Shown in pieces: positions 41,021 to 52,425 of a stretch of DNA of 64,000 nt. Location: positions 102,734,001 to 102,798,000 of the forward strand of contig OZ024745.1 of NCBI GenBank assembly GCA_964016885.1. The letters are read 5' to 3'. The translations under genes were made by a program, and so were the position numbers. Each line of letters begins with the position of its first letter. Position 1 is the first letter of the stretch. This stretch comes from Eledone cirrhosa. Taxonomy: Eukaryota. A model generated the notes under the pieces. That model worked only from the letters and a program-made list of their open reading frames with translations, made no database searches and was not told where the DNA came from.

Positions 41021-41400
41021 CAAGCTGATGTACCCGGCTTCGCCCGAGAGAACAGTGAAGAGAAGACGGATAAAAGAGAAAACGACTGTATTGGGTGTGT
41101 TGTCAGGTATGAGGTGAGACCGTAATATGTGTGTGCGTGAGAGACATAAAAAAAAACAATAATAAAACTTCCTTATTAGGCTGAGGGAGTAAACTGCCGA
41201 TTAAATGGTAGTATTGGCCTTGGATTTTAAATGTGAAATAACCATAGTCAGTATGATCTTTTTCAGCTCTTAAGGACGTCATCTGAAACACAGCAATATA
41301 CCGCATATCATTGCTTCTGAGGTGTTTAGCTTCGTTAGTACGGTCTGTAAGTAGTATATGGATAAAAGCTGGAGGGTAGATTAATTTCAAACAGTATCAG
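41021..41400 (-). pseudogene. Decayed Helitron Rep fragment with 3' hairpin
   Basis: FQMTSL...FTFKIQGQYYHLIGSLLPQP is the Helitron RepHel motif. Hairpin remnant at 41033-41048. Confidence 0.75.
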
Positions 41401-42074
41401 TTTTTCTTTGTTCTGTAAAACGACTTTATAAAAGCTAAACGCAATATTGTTAAACCTTCCTATAGATCAAAGGATTTATAGTTTAAGCCGTTTCTAAACT
41501 TGCGTGGGGCGTTACTCTCTCTCAATATCTAACACTTTAATTGTATCTCTCTGTGTATAACGGCCTATCTCTTTCTTTCTGCCTCTGCCTCTGTGTGTGT
41601 CTCTCTCTCTCTCTCTCTTTAGATGTGTGTGCGTGTTTTTCGTGTGATTCAACCAGCCAACCAATAAACATCTTTCATTTATCTATATATATAAAAGCGA
41701 GGATGTGTGTGACAACTTTGGACAGCTAAGGCTTTTACAATTCCCAACCGAATTTGAGCAAATTTTCTGTGCACGTTGCACCTGTCGTTAACATGGTCAC
41801 ATCACAAAAATGTTTCAAATTGACCCACGTTGAGCAATAAAAAATCGATAGCAAAATTATTTTTTTCTTTTGCCGAATCCAATTTCCTCTTCGTGTTGCC
41901 TTTGCGATGTCCATAAACAAGTCGCTAGGTCAAACTCTTTCCTTCGCTGGAATTCACTTGGATGAACTTTGCTTTTCGCACGGACAATTCTACGTTGCCT
42001 GCTCACGAGTTGGCAGTCGAGATAATCTCTTTGCGTTTGTTTCGAAAAGAAAAACAAAGAATATCGTCTATCCT

Positions 42075-42445
42075 TCTTCCCGTTCCGCGGTGGCAAACCC
42101 CTCGTCTGGGATTCCTCTTGCACTGACACTTTCTGCAGCTGCAACCTGGTGCAGTCTGCGACTGACCCAGGTTCTGCTGCACGTCGGGCTGAGGGGGCGA
42201 AACCCCTCAGATACCGGTCGCTCTCCGACAGGTTTGCGGTCGTACCGCTGGCAGTGGAGACTTCTGGTATCCTCGGCCCCAGGGCTACCTCCTTACTCAC
42301 CACCATAGGTGCTGAGCTGGCCAGCCGTAGGTGTGAGCCCCGCGAGTTGGAGTGGCTCTTCCAGCGCGTCTCCCTTGCCGTCCTCCGGGGAAACGCCTTC
42401 TCCATTCTGTCCGCCGGGGCTGTGGGTGGGCCCCATCGCGTACCG
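42075..42445 (+). mobile_element. CRE-clade LINE 3' coding fragment (restriction-like endonuclease)
   Basis: AARRAEGAKPLRYRSLSDRFAVVPLAVETSGILGP...LFQRVSLAVLRGNAFSILSA. CpG-rich, so probably young or unmethylated. Confidence 0.85.
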
Positions 42446-42518
42446 TTGGAGTTGTTGTATTCATATATTAACTCATCAATCCCATTGTCCTAATCCAGGA
42501 GATACATACTTTATTTAT

Positions 42519-43002
42519 AGTCTTACTTTATTTTCCCTTTCTTTGCTTTTATTTATCCATTATTTCTTTTACATTTTATATTTTACATTTTACATTTTAC
42601 ATTTTACATTTTACATTTTACTTTTTACATTTTACATTTTACCTTTTACCTTTTCTCGCTATTTCCCTGTTTTACTATTTCACTAGACTATACATAGATT
42701 GTCGTCACCGAACTAAAATGCATCATAATGTAGGTTTTACAAATATTTGAAGATTTATTCATGTAACAGTCCAAATATTTGTAAAACCTACATTATGATG
42801 CATTTTAGTTCGGTGACGACAATCTATGTATAGTCTAGTGAAATAGTAAAACAGGGAAATAGCGAGAAAAGGTAAAAGGTAAAATGTAAAATGTAAAAAG
42901 TAAAATGTAAAATGTAAAATGTAAAATGTAAAATGTAAAATATAAAATGTAAAAGAAATAATGGATAAATAAAAGCAAAGAAAGGGAAAATAAAGTAAGA
43001 CT
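42519..43002. repeat. Apparently perfect fold-back inverted repeat (231-bp arms, 22-nt loop) with (ttttaca)n
   Basis: Arms 42519-42749 and 42772-43002. Translations on opposite strands are identical over the arms. Confidence 0.95.
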
Positions 43003-46000
43003 TGACTTCACCTTACTCATTACAAAACATACGATGCAGGATATTTTGGATTATAAGTTCAAAATGTAACCATACACAGCAAAAGATGCTCTCAAAGAAT
43101 ACATTTTCTCTTATTCTACTCTCATTGTTTTTTTTTGTTGTTTTTTTTTGTATACAACTCTGCTTTCATTACAACTTTTTGTACTTTAGCAAAACTGCCT
43201 GTTTTTTTTACAGATTTGCAACGTGTATTGTCTTTAATCATTTGTATATCTACATTCTGTTCAGTGTTTTCCTTCATTATCAGCATAGTTTTATGTGTAC
43301 AAAGATTGCACTAAATATGTGTTTGCATTAATTATTGAAGACTTCTGCTTATTTTGAGAGGTTGGGGACAAATAATCTTCTTCTTTTACTTCCTAGTGTA
43401 TATTCTTAGCATAGTTTCAAACCCCGGGCAACGCCGGGTAAATCTGCTAGTATTATATATAGAATAGATATAGATAATAAAACTATTCTCAGGACGCGTG
43501 AAACCTATGTGACAAACCTGTAGGTGACAAGCGACATAGGTGTGAAGATCCCGTTATCTCCTTTGTTGATTGCCAGATAAACACTTCTCGATAAGACACA
43601 CATATATATATATATATATTTATTTTTAAAATAGCTTAGTCATGAGTAGACATGTCTGTTGAAATTCTTTTGTTTGATTAATCCAATTCCTTTCGTTGTT
43701 ATAATCTACGCTACTCAATATTTTAGTTGATAGAACTATGTATTGGCATTTACTTTGATCAACGAACATATACATGCATACACTCACATACATATACACA
43801 TACACACATAGTTACAACAACAATTTTATAAACAGCGGGAAACTCTTGGTTAACTGAAGCTGCAATGTAACTTTCAATCTACGGTTGAAACGATTTCTGA
43901 TAGCCCCTTAGAAAAGTCATCAACGTCACAATATATTATTTGCCTTTCATTAAGAAAAATGCAAGACTGTGTGCTTGGTTAAAGAAAATAACAATCTTTC
44001 TTCATTTGTTCTATTAAAGCAATGCGCTCATCCGGGCATGTAGTGATGGGGAGAATACCTATGAGAAGATAGTGGTGGCGGAATGGATGTTGTGGTCAAT
44101 AGTGCAGGCTAGAGTAGGGAACACTCACCAATGTTGGGATGGGGGAGAGGAGTGTAGTAATGGAGGTGGTATAGGTGGAATGCACAGGGGTGGAGAGAAT
44201 AGTTTTTGGAGTGCAAGAGGAGAGAGGGATAGCTAAAGAGTGATATTTTTCCATATTTTGTAAAAGTCGATCTTCGCACTATAATGAATTTGCAAGACTT
44301 CTGTCGATTTGGCGTTTAAACACCATGTTGTCATATGAGTTGTGGCTATTATATTTTTCGTATATTACTACTATGCATCAACAGTGTAGTGCATAGTTTT
44401 GGTAGGATACAGGCCCGTGCATCTTCAGACAACTAGTTAAATTCTTACCTTGGCCCTTACGCCTTTCTGTTTATTTGTTTACTAGTAATTCAATCATAAG
44501 AATGTGTGTTGTAATAAGAATTAACTCGTTGGTTGTTAAACATTTAACAACGAGATTCATATCATGCCATTGCTTAATTAGAGAAGAACAGTAAAAAGAA
44601 ATTCACTATGAATATCCAACCCAAATAAAGCTAAACAGTATAGAGAGAAAACCAAGCAAATTACGAAGTTATGAATTAATGATGTTCTAAATTACCAACA
44701 AAATAGCAGTTACGATATTTTTTTTTGGGGGGGGGGGGGGGAATATTATCTTTTAATATTCAAGTTAATGTTCCTGATTGGTAATAAGATATTTGTTAGG
44801 CTTCATTTTGCTTTTTTTTTTAATAAGTTATATTTGATATTCACTGAACACTATTACTGCTAATTACAACATAGCAGCAAATAATAGTATGCATGTGTTA
44901 TATTTACTAAAATGTCTTTTCTAGAAATGCTTCATTAATTCATCAAATTATTAGGAAAGAAAGATGCCCATTACGATTAAATCTTTCCAAGGTGCATTCG
45001 AAAGCAACATTCAAATATAAATGAGATAAGAGTATGTTCTTTATTTTATATACTTTAGTTAGAATAATGTTGATATTGATGGTGTTTGTTTGCAGAGCGT
45101 TTGTACATAAGGAAGCTGCATGATAGTGGAAAGCGTACATTAAAATATAAAATTATGATAGTAAGGTTAAGAAAATAGAATATTTTACGAGGAGACAATT
45201 CCGAGGTACACTGAATATATAACGATGCAGATACAATTTTCCAAATTCTGTTCACTATTTGTCAGACTAATTGATGTGTGTACAACTAGTTTTCAAGTGT
45301 TTCCAGTTGTATAGTATGCTGGAGAGGCTAGCAATCTGTTCCTAATAGTTTCATTGAATGTGTGGGTAGTGACAACCAAAGTAAAATATCGATTTTTGAT
45401 TAGTACAGTACATAATGTGATTTCGGGCCTGGAATCCTTGCGAAGAAAGTTTAGCTAACTTATCTCTATATAACAGATATATTATTACTCACTCTCAATG
45501 ACAAGATATCAATGAATACCGCTTCTGACAAAATAGATATGGTCTTTTTAAATGTAGTCTGCATCTCTTACACTTACATAAGAAATCAAATAACAAAACA
45601 ATCTTTAATAAGAAATGTAATGTCATTATACACAAGCGTTCGAAGCTAAGTAACAATTGACAATCTTTTATTTTTATTTATTTATTATTATTTATTTATT
45701 ATTATTTTTTTGTTGTTGAGATTCTCCAGATAGAACACATTTTACTTGGACAGATATTATCACTAACAGACACTTTACGACAGCCTTAATAGATTATTCT
45801 GAAAATATAAAAAAATATTCGCTGATCTTGTCCCTGGCTAACAACATAGTTTTTTTTTAATTGTTTAATTCTGAAGCTTCGCTTTCTTTAGTGTAATTGT
45901 TTAGTTTTCATGCATTGCTTTTGTCATTTTTATCTGTTAATTACAATTAGCTAATTAACAGTATATGTTTTTTTTATGTATACTTTTGTATTAAATCATT

Positions 46001-47785
46001 GTAGATAGTATAAGCTACACATCTATCTATCGTACTTTCTTCCTAAAATCCATCAATCTATCCATATAGTATCTGTAATATTCTAATTAGCTGTTCTCTT
46101 CTCTTAACGTTTTCTATATTTCCACTTTTATTAAATCAACTCTATCCACCATACATTCGGAGAAATATCCATCTTTCTAGTGCGAATTGGTAAATTCATT
46201 ATTTCTTCAGTTCTTCTGTCACTACTCAGTACATAAAATCTATATCAATGTCGCTATTTACAAAACTTTTGTATTTATTAAACCTTCTATTGAATGAAGG
46301 CTTAATTATGACCTATATTTGGTACCACCTGATAATCTGTAGATGTTTACTGATATTACAATAACTAACCTTACATATGTCTATCAATAACCTCATCAAG
46401 TGTTCATTTCTACTTGAAAAACTCACAAATTATACGAAGAAATTTAACTAAGCATGAACGAGAAAGCCTTGATCTGCTAGACATAGCAACCAAATTTCCC
46501 TGAAATTACAGTCAAGTATATTAGATAAAGGGCTGAACACATTAGATAATGTAGTTGTAGCTGCTTCACGAAAATGAAATGGTGATATCTGGAATTCCTT
46601 TGGTTTTATGGTCTGCTCCATCAGGGTTGGTCAATAGATAAACGACTATTACAAAAACCAATTTTAATAGATATATTGGAATGTGTTATGCTGTGAGGAA
46701 GAAAAGTCTACTATTTCGGACGTTTGACTTTCTTTGAAGAGAGAGAAAAAAATTCGTCTTAACGCTCGCTGGTAAAATCTATCTCCGAAGAAGGTCAAGC
46801 ATCCGAAACATTAAACTGTTCTCCCCCATGTTAAAACATCAGTTAAAATGCTTTGTGGTATTTGTTCTGGTTCTGTACATTCTGAATTCAAATCCCATCA
46901 AAGTCAAATTTCATCCTTCCGGGAAATGTCAATGAATACAGTACTAGTAAAATGTTGTGGCTGATTTAATCGATTATTCCTTTCCCTCCTAATCTGAGGC
47001 CTAGTGCCCATGTTGCAAATATAATCATTATTTGTATTACTTTCTGTCGGCACAAAACATTACTGGTTTTCTCATATACGATAACTCTTTTACAAATTTC
47101 ATATTGCACCAAAGAAACTCCGCTTTTACTTCCCAATGATGGAATAATTCAAACTTGAATATGTATCGATACTCTAATAAAACTTCGATGTGTTCTATCG
47201 AATATTGGATATAATTCGCCATCACTGACAGCACAAAGCAATCTAGATAAAATTTCATTAACTAAAAATGTTCAATCTCTAATTCTAGTTGTCATGTCTT
47301 CTTCTCTCTTCAACTGTTATACTTCAAAATCACACAACCACTTGAATATGTTCTCCATACACGTTTCATTGTTTTTCATCACTAGCACTGCATTTTCCCC
47401 ATCGTCGTTTGTTCTTAGAACCACTCCATTTCTAAACATTTTCTCTGCATGTTTTTGAAGTTCACCAACCTCAAATTCTTTCAACAATGTTATTGTATGT
47501 TTTGTTGAAGTTTCGTAATATATGTATATATATATATGAAAAGGGAATAAGGTTTTATACAAAACAGGGGTTATAGAGAAAAAGTGGAATTGGAAACAGC
47601 ACGGAAAATATATTTAAAGAATCTGTTTTTCTTTTTTACTTCTTTGATCCGTCAAAGTGACATTATTGAAAAAATGAAAGGAACAATTGAAAAAAAAAGG
47701 GAGTTTTATAATATGTATACAGTATACAAAATATTACCGGTTTCAATGTATCAGTGTAATCCACTATTAATACTACTATTACGAC

Positions 47786-47788
<3 letters not shown>

Positions 47789-47862
<74 letters not shown>
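47789..47862. repeat. (CT)n microsatellite
   Basis: Directly visible. Confidence 0.98.
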
Positions 47863-47868
<6 letters not shown>

Positions 47869-48020
47869 AATGTAGAAAGGCTTCTACAGGACTAGAACTG
47901 TTTCATTCCAAAGAAATCATCACCTTACTTACTGTGGTTACCCCCGATTGAACCCGGTATAAACTTATATACAATGATATTAAATAAATGGAAACTATAT
48001 TTATTTATAAAACCATATTT

Positions 48021-48079
48021 ATTCTATTATATATATTTCAAGGCTACCAAAACTTTGGTACGCTCTCATCAGATAAAAT
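48021..48079 (-). ncRNA. Minimal type I hammerhead ribozyme in PLE pLTR
   Basis: attttat CTGATGA gagcg taccaaa gt tttggta gcctt GAAA t atat a TA atagaat. 7-bp stem I and palindromic ATAT loop 3. Confidence 0.8.
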
Positions 48080-48679
48080 ACAAAGTTTGTTTTATAAATA
48101 TTGAAATAAGGGCGGTGCCCCAGCATGGCCTCAGCCGGATGGCTGAAACAGGTAAAAGAGTAAAAGAGTATAACCAGCAAGAAGATCTTAACGGTTCAAG
48201 TTTTTCCTGGATAGTAAAGGAAAGAAGGGAAAGAGAAGAAAAGTCAAATATTTCAAATTATTAAGATGAGTATGCAAATGAGGTTGAGGTATAGGGCTTA
48301 ACAAAACGTTATTTTAAGACGCTAGGTAGATTTAAATAATTATTAGCATACATGTATGTATGTGCGGGAAGAAGAAAGTGAAAGAAAGAAGAGCTTGTAT
48401 TTACATTAATTTAAAAAGAATTAAGTTTGTAGGAATGGTGGAATATAATTCCAGAATTTAAAAAAAATATTTAGTTATATTATGAGTATAATATTGTATA
48501 TATAATCAATTAGATTATATGAAGAATTATGGTTGTAAGTATATTTTATCTTATTACATTACAACAGGTTGTAAGTATATAAATATCTATATAGATTAAA
48601 AATTGTGTAAGTATAAGTATTATTGGTGATTAAATTAATAGAGTTTTGAGAGTTAATTATATAAAAAAAATTCCTCGAT

Positions 48680-49262
48680 ACACATGAGAAAGCCATATTT
48701 CTGTATGCAGTTGCTTTCGAAATCGTTCCCCGAGATATTGAATACTCTATATTGTTGTCCTTTAAATTACAAATTAGATGTGAAAGTGAAGTGGAATATT
48801 TTTTTATTGAACCTATTAAATGTATGTTTGTGGTTGTACCAGCGTTCTTTGAATTTTGTAGAAGTGGCACCTATATAGTTAATTATTTTGTTTGTAGTTT
48901 TAACTGTGCATTTATAAATTACGTTTTTGTCTAAGCAATTATTTTGTAAAGGGCAGTTTGATTTAATTCTACAGTTACATTTTCTGGAATTGTTGTTATT
49001 AGGAACGGTACTATTATTTTGAATATTGTTGTTAGAAATATTATTATTGCTATCTTGGTTTGTTTGGTTAGGGTTTAAATTTAAGTTTCTATTATTAATT
49101 CTATTTATATTTTGTGCTATGTTCATAGTAGTAGAGTAGGATAGTTTTATAGTGTGTCTGTTAAAAATAGAGTGGTATCTGTGGGCTTTAGGAAAACACT
49201 TATCTAGTGCTTTAAAAAATAGCTTTGCTAAAGGTGTTTTAACGCCTAATGAGAATGGGGGA
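48680..49262 (-). pseudogene. Frameshifted Penelope-like RT thumb/linker plus GIY-YIG endonuclease
   Basis: PPFSLGVKT...IFNRHTIKLSYS...CNCRIKSNCPLQNNCLDKNVIYKCTV...YIGATSTKFKERWYNHKHTF, then STSLSHLI after a frameshift. Confidence 0.88.
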
Positions 49263-50110
49263 GAGTACTAATACCTTATAATCTCACACAAAATAATATA
49301 TGTTTCTCTACATACTTTCTGAGAAAATCATTCATCAAATTTAATGGTTAGCAAATAAGATTGGAGTTATCTTTTCCTTTACAATTGAGCAAACATAAAC
49401 ATGATCACTTGTATGATAAATTATATACCTTCGCTAAATTAACAATATTCTGAAAACATTTTCAATGTTGGAACAAAATATTTGAATCTACAAATTGTTC
49501 CCCTCTGACAGCTTGAACTACATCTTTTTCTTAAATTTTTTCATGTAAAATGTAAAATCAACATCCTTCGTAACTCATATGATAAATATAAACAATTAAT
49601 AACCGTGGTTTATTTCTATAAAATCACCAATAATACTTATACTTGCACAATTTTTAATCTATATAGATATTTATATACTTACAACCTGTTGTAATGTAAT
49701 AAGATAAAATGTACTTACAACCATAATTCTTCATATAATCTAATTGATTATATATACAATATTATAACTCATAATATAGCTATATAATTTTTTAAAATTC
49801 TGGAATCATATTTCACCATTCTTACAAACTGTTAATTCTTTTTAAATTAACGTAAATACAAGCTCTTCTTTCTTTCTCTTTCTTCTTCCCGTACATACAT
49901 ATATCCTAATAATTATTTAAATCTACCTAGCGTCTTAAAATAACGTTTTTTTTTCAGCCCTATACCTCACCCTCATTTGCATACTCATCTTAATAATTTG
50001 AAATATTTGACTTTTCTTCTCTTTCCCTTCTTTCCTTTACCATCCAGGAAAAACTTGAACCGTTAAGATCTTCTTGCTGGTTATGTCAATATTTATAAAA
50101 CAAACTTTGT

Positions 50111-50169
50111 ATTTTATCTGATGAGAGTGTACCAAAGTTTTGGCAGCCTTGAAATATATATAATAGAAT
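50111..50169 (+). ncRNA. Minimal type I hammerhead ribozyme in the inverted pLTR
   Basis: attttat CTGATGA gagtgtaccaaagttttggcagcctt GAAA t atat a TA atagaat. Confidence 0.75.
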
Positions 50170-50809
50170 AAATATGGTTTTATAAATATAGTTTCCATTT
50201 ATTTAATATCATTGAATATTATCCTCCAGAAAAGCTGTCGAGTGCTTCGAATCAATTATAAACATTTATATTTGTTGAATTACCAACAAATTAAATATCC
50301 CTTTTTCTTATATATAATATATATATATTATAAAGCTGACGGCCGTATGTATGTAACAAACTTTTCGCCAAACGGCTGGACCAAAAAGCACCAAATTTGC
50401 ACCATAGATGTAACTTTTTCCAAGTAAGAAAGTGAGGGTATTTTTGTCTTTTAAATATTGTTAAAAGATTAAAGATATTTTATCGTTTATTTAAATATTC
50501 ACTTCTTAAAAAATTTTGAAATGTCAACGCTTCCGGTTATACGACATTTCTCACTCTTTCTTAATCTGTCTTTTTAGATAGATACATAGCTATGACGTCG
50601 CGCCCTTATAATATGTCTCTGTATGTCTGGCTGTCTGCATTAGATACATAGCTATAAAGTCCCACGCTTATAATATCTGTCTGTCTGGCTGCCTGTCTGC
50701 ATTGACTTCGTTTCAAAGCAACTTTTAATTAGTTCAGTGCAAAGATTATATATATATATATATATTTCTATACTTTTCATTTATATATATATATATATAT
50801 ATATAATTA

Positions 50810-51105
50810 GTAATAATTATAATAAATCCAAAGAGGGCTCGATAAGGATAAATATATATCAAATATATAAGAACCCTAGAGCAAATATTGTTCTCATTGC
50901 TGACGTATTATCTTCGCTTTTTTCTGTCCATTGCCAGGGAACGTCTTCACGAACCAAAGTATCGTCTTCCTGTTTTCCTTCGGTTGCAACGTTTTTCGAA
51001 ATATTTACTTCTGCGTTCACAGATTGATTTTTTTTAGTTTCAGAAGATCCCGTTAAGGGTGAAAGCAGCGATTCTTTGCTTAAACTTTAATCTGTTATTT
51101 TAATA
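50810..51105 (+). mobile_element. Family X copy (modules A-B-C) between (TA)n tracts
   Basis: Reverse-complement match to 61303-61521 and 33575-33630. Confidence 0.85.
51036..51086 (+). ncRNA. Type I hammerhead fold with non-canonical core (CAGAAGA)
   Basis: agttt CAGAAGA t ccc gttaa ggg t GAAA gcag cgattct ttgc TT aaact. All three stems pair. Confidence 0.6.
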
Positions 51106-51126
51106 TATATATATATATATATATAA

Positions 51127-51918
51127 CTAGCAGTGGTACCCGGCGTTGCACGGGATAAGGTATTTTGGAACGCGAGCCGCCAACAGACCTAATCGTGGAA
51201 AAACTGCATGCCTGGAAAATATGTAAAGAAAATAAACCGAATACTCTGATGGCTGGATAATCTTTAACATTTTCCTCGATGAAGCAGGAAAAATGCAGGT
51301 TTTCACCTAATGCGGGCCCTATGCCATAAGAAAGTTGGATTTCTTTGCTTACGGTATGAAGAAGAGACTGACTAATACATAGTTACAATTTCAAGGAAAT
51401 CGGTCTGACGCAACGCCTCAAAAATCCCCTAAAAATCTTTAAAACGCAGTTTTTCACCTAGGAGATAAAAAAAAGTTGAATTTTTTAATGTGCATAACAC
51501 TCCGTGAAATATAAATAATACACATGTAAAGTTTGAAAATAATCAGTTGGGTACTTCTCGAGTTTTAGGGATTCAAACTCACAAACTCACAGACACACAC
51601 ACAGACACACATCCTCAGGGAAGTGACGTAATGCAGACAGCCAGACATACAGACAGATATTATAAGGGCGCGACGTTATAAGTATGTATCTATCTAAAAA
51701 GATAAAGACTAAGAATTATAGAGCGAGATCGCTAAATCACCTAATGCGGTCTCTAGGGCTTTGGAAATTTGAAATTGTTTTTGCTCAGAACACTCCCTGA
51801 AACATAAGTATTACATGTGTAAAGTTTGAAAACAGTCGGTTGGGTGGTTCTCGAGTTTTAGGGATTCGACCTCACACACACACACACAGACAGAAATCCT
51901 CAGTTTTATATATATAGA
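51127..51918 (-). mobile_element. Non-autonomous Helitron
   Basis: 5' A|TCTATATATATAAAACTGAGG. 3' hairpin cccgtgcaacgccggg and CTAG|T. Confidence 0.8.
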
Positions 51919-51954
51919 TTAGCAGAAAAAAACCCGGGGGCGGTTTTCTGCTAG

Positions 51955-52425
51955 TCTATATATCTAAAACAGAGAATGTCTGTCTGTCTGTCTGTCAGCT
52001 CACTAAAACTTGAGAACCATCCAACCGATTGTTTTCAAACTTTAGACATGTAATACTTATGGTCCTGTGAGTGTTTTTAGCAAAAATTATTTCAAATTTT
52101 CAATGCCCTAGGGACCGCATTAGGCGATTTAGCGTTCTCTCTATATAATTCTTGGTCTTTCTTTTTAGATAGATACATAGATATAACGTTGCGCCCTTAT
52201 AATATCTGTCTGTATGTCTGACTGTCTGCATTACGTCATTATGACGCGCTCAGTGTGTGTGTGTATATATATGTATCGTAATGCAGACAGCAAGACATAG
52301 CTTTCCTTCCCCTCTTCCAGCGTCTCTCTCTCTACCTCCCGCTATCCCCCTCTTGTAGTCTGTCTCTTTCTTTCACTCTCACTCTCTCTCTACGCGTCGG
52401 ACAGACAGACGGAGAAATTGCTGGT
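51955..52425 (+). mobile_element. Helitron 5' part, same family as 61096-61873
   Basis: TCTATATATCTAAAACAGAGAATGTCTGTCTG start directly after the previous CTAG. 3' end is unclear. Confidence 0.6.

Larger units (their letters stand above)
41682..43450 (+). mobile_element. Non-autonomous Helitron with PIF1 remnant, interrupted by a CRE insertion
   Basis: A|TCTATATATATAAAAGCGAGG start, hairpin cccgggcaacgccggg and CTAG|T end, MSINKSLGQTL...FSHGQFYVACSRV. Same family as 57533-59212. Confidence 0.9.
47972..50214 (-). mobile_element. 5'-truncated Penelope-like element with inverted pLTR
   Basis: Inverted arms 47972-48632 and 49622-50214 each carry a hammerhead. A GIY-YIG remnant lies between them. 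Confidence 0.85.
50306..51954 (+). mobile_element. Helitron (family D-like) hosting nested insertions
   Basis: TC(TA)n start and tagcagaaaa...ttttctgCTAG|T end. The internal segment 50497-50540 is shared with 18469-18510 and 15212-15252. Confidence 0.6.

Noticed and set aside
41857-42686. Overlapping ORFs of 114-182 aa suggesting a helicase-nuclease fusion gene
   Set aside because: This is a junction of a Helitron PIF1 remnant and an inserted CRE fragment in different frames, both truncated.
44040-44240. G-rich strand-biased stretch as a G-quadruplex or regulatory element
   Set aside because: G-runs are irregular and widely spaced, consistent with decayed low-complexity sequence.
46780-46815. 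Hammerhead (ccgaagaagg...ccgaaac)
   Set aside because: The core is mutated and the stems are too weak to support a call.
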